A stretch of DNA of 64,000 bases from Prochlorococcus sp. AH-736-L23 (GTDB lineage: Bacteria > Cyanobacteriota > Cyanobacteriia > PCC-6307 > Cyanobiaceae), in the NCBI GenBank assembly GCA_028141225.1, contig JAOIPS010000002.1:20557-84556 (forward strand), given 5' to 3'. Positions 62,831-64,000 of this stretch are shown piece after piece. The notes below the pieces were generated by a model. That model was not told where the DNA came from and did not search any database. It saw only the letters and a program-made list of their open reading frames with translations. Made by a program: the position numbers and the translations under genes. Position 1 is the stretch's first letter; each line of letters opens with the position of its first letter.

Positions 62831-63994
62831 TTAATTTCCCTCTAGATATTTCGATACCATAATTAATGCTTCACCAGCTTGCTGGGCTGTAATTGTACCA
62901 AGGTTGAGAAGAGTATTACTTATAGCAGAAACTACCGTAATAATATCTCTATCATTTACATAACCTAAATGACCGACTCTGAATATTTTACCCTTCAGAT
63001 GATCTTGGCCACCGGCAAGTAAAATGTCAAAATTATTCTTTATTGTTTTTCTAAATTCTTCAGCATCGATTCCTTCAGTTTTTATTGCAGTAATTGAAGG
63101 ACTTAAATATTTTTCGTCTGCAAATAATTTTAGATTTAAAGCTTTTACTGCATAGCTCATAGCTAATTTGTGTTTATTGTGTCTTAGGAAAATGTTATCT
63201 AAGCCTTCTTCTCTCATCATTTTTAAAGCTTCATCTAAAGCAAAAACTAAATTAACCGCTGGAGTGTATGGATTACTGTTAGTTAAAAGGCTTTTTCTGT
63301 AGGATTTTAAATTTAAATAAAATTTTGGTAAATTAGATTTCTCTGCAGCTTCCCATGCTTTTTGGCTCATTGATATAAAGCTAAGCCCTGGAGGTATCAT
63401 ATATCCCTTTTGTGAGCCTGATGCAACGATATCTAATTTCCATTCATCAACTGGTACATTGCAGGCTCCAAGACTTGTAACGCAGTCAACAATTGATAAA
63501 GCTGTGTTGTGTGCGCGAATATATGAACTAATAGTTTCTAAATCATTAATTACACCTGTTGAGGTTTCAGAATGAGTCAAAATAACCGCTTTTATTTCTT
63601 TTTGTTTATCTTCTTCTAATACTTTTTTGAATTCTTCTGGATTAAGTGGGGTTCCCCATTTGGAAACAATTTTTATTACTTCTAGACCAAATTCTTGAGC
63701 AACTTTTACCCATCTTTCGCCAAATTTTCCATTTTCTCCACAAATTACTTTATCTCCTTTACTTAAGGTATTTATGATTCCAGCTTCCATTGCGGCAGTT
63801 CCACTACCAGTGATTGTTAGAACATCATTTTGAGTTTGATGAAGCCACTTTAAATTTTTAGTTGTACTCTCCACGAGATCTTGAAATTCTTTACTACGAT
63901 GGCCTATTGGATGCTTACTTAATGCATGTAAAACTTTTTCTGGAACTGGTGTAGGTCCAGGAATCATCAATGATAATTTTTGTTGTATGGCCAC
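62831..63994 (-). CDS. Class V PLP aminotransferase (alanine-glyoxylate/serine-pyruvate family; 'soluble hydrogenase small subunit')
   Basis: MIPGPTP, GSGTAAME, HSETSTGV, SGSQKG (PLP lysine) and FRVGHLG motifs. Confidence 0.93.
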   Translation of the reverse strand: MAIQQKLSLMIPGPTPVPEKVLHALSKHPIGHRSKEFQDLVESTTKNLKWLHQTQNDVLTITGSGTAAMEAGIINTLSKGDKVICGENGKFGERWVKVAQEFGLEVIKIVSKWGTPLNPEEFKKVLEEDKQKEIKAVILTHSETSTGVINDLETISSYIRAHNTALSIVDCVTSLGACNVPVDEWKLDIVASGSQKGYMIPPGLSFISMSQKAWEAAEKSNLPKFYLNLKSYRKSLLTNSNPYTPAVNLVFALDEALKMMREEGLDNIFLRHNKHKLAMSYAVKALNLKLFADEKYLSPSITAIKTEGIDAEEFRKTIKNNFDILLAGGQDHLKGKIFRVGHLGYVNDRDIITVVSAISNTLLNLGTITAQQAGEALIMVSKYLEGN

Positions 63995-64000
63995 TTTTTA

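Noticed and set aside
1-64000. tRNA, rRNA, prophage, IS element or genomic island
   Set aside because: No cloverleaf-like sequence, integrase, transposase or compositional break was seen. Gene order looks like uninterrupted core genome.

Overview
AT-rich, very gene-dense bacterial chromosome segment. Gene content and order fit the core genome around the replication origin of a marine picocyanobacterium, most likely a high-light Prochlorococcus (inferred from synteny and composition, not from a search). Order: pabC-like, cobA, MFS, ppk, group 2 sigma, aroG, acnB, ClC, purU, dnaK, aroE, rpsF, argG, mraY, spsA, uvrA, recN, thrC, [oriC], dnaN, purL, purF, gyrA/parC-like, queG, nusB, ftsY, argH, rbp, dusA, msrB, grpE, dnaJ, rsgA, murB, murC, gap, thiL, efp, accB, pdxA, HNH, class V aminotransferase. 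I saw no tRNA, rRNA, CRISPR array, prophage, IS or defence island, and I cannot claim a new large system. The best leads are small: (1) a candidate LexA box directly in front of a 76-aa single-TM protein that abuts a convergent HNH nuclease gene; (2) an oriC with tandem DnaA boxes, DnaA-trios and an AT-rich tract, but no adjacent dnaA; (3) about 12 perfectly identical 30-bp repeats in ftsY; (4) a one-base frameshift in thiL; (5) an S6:S18-like leader before rpsF; (6) K-box-like elements before dnaK and grpE.
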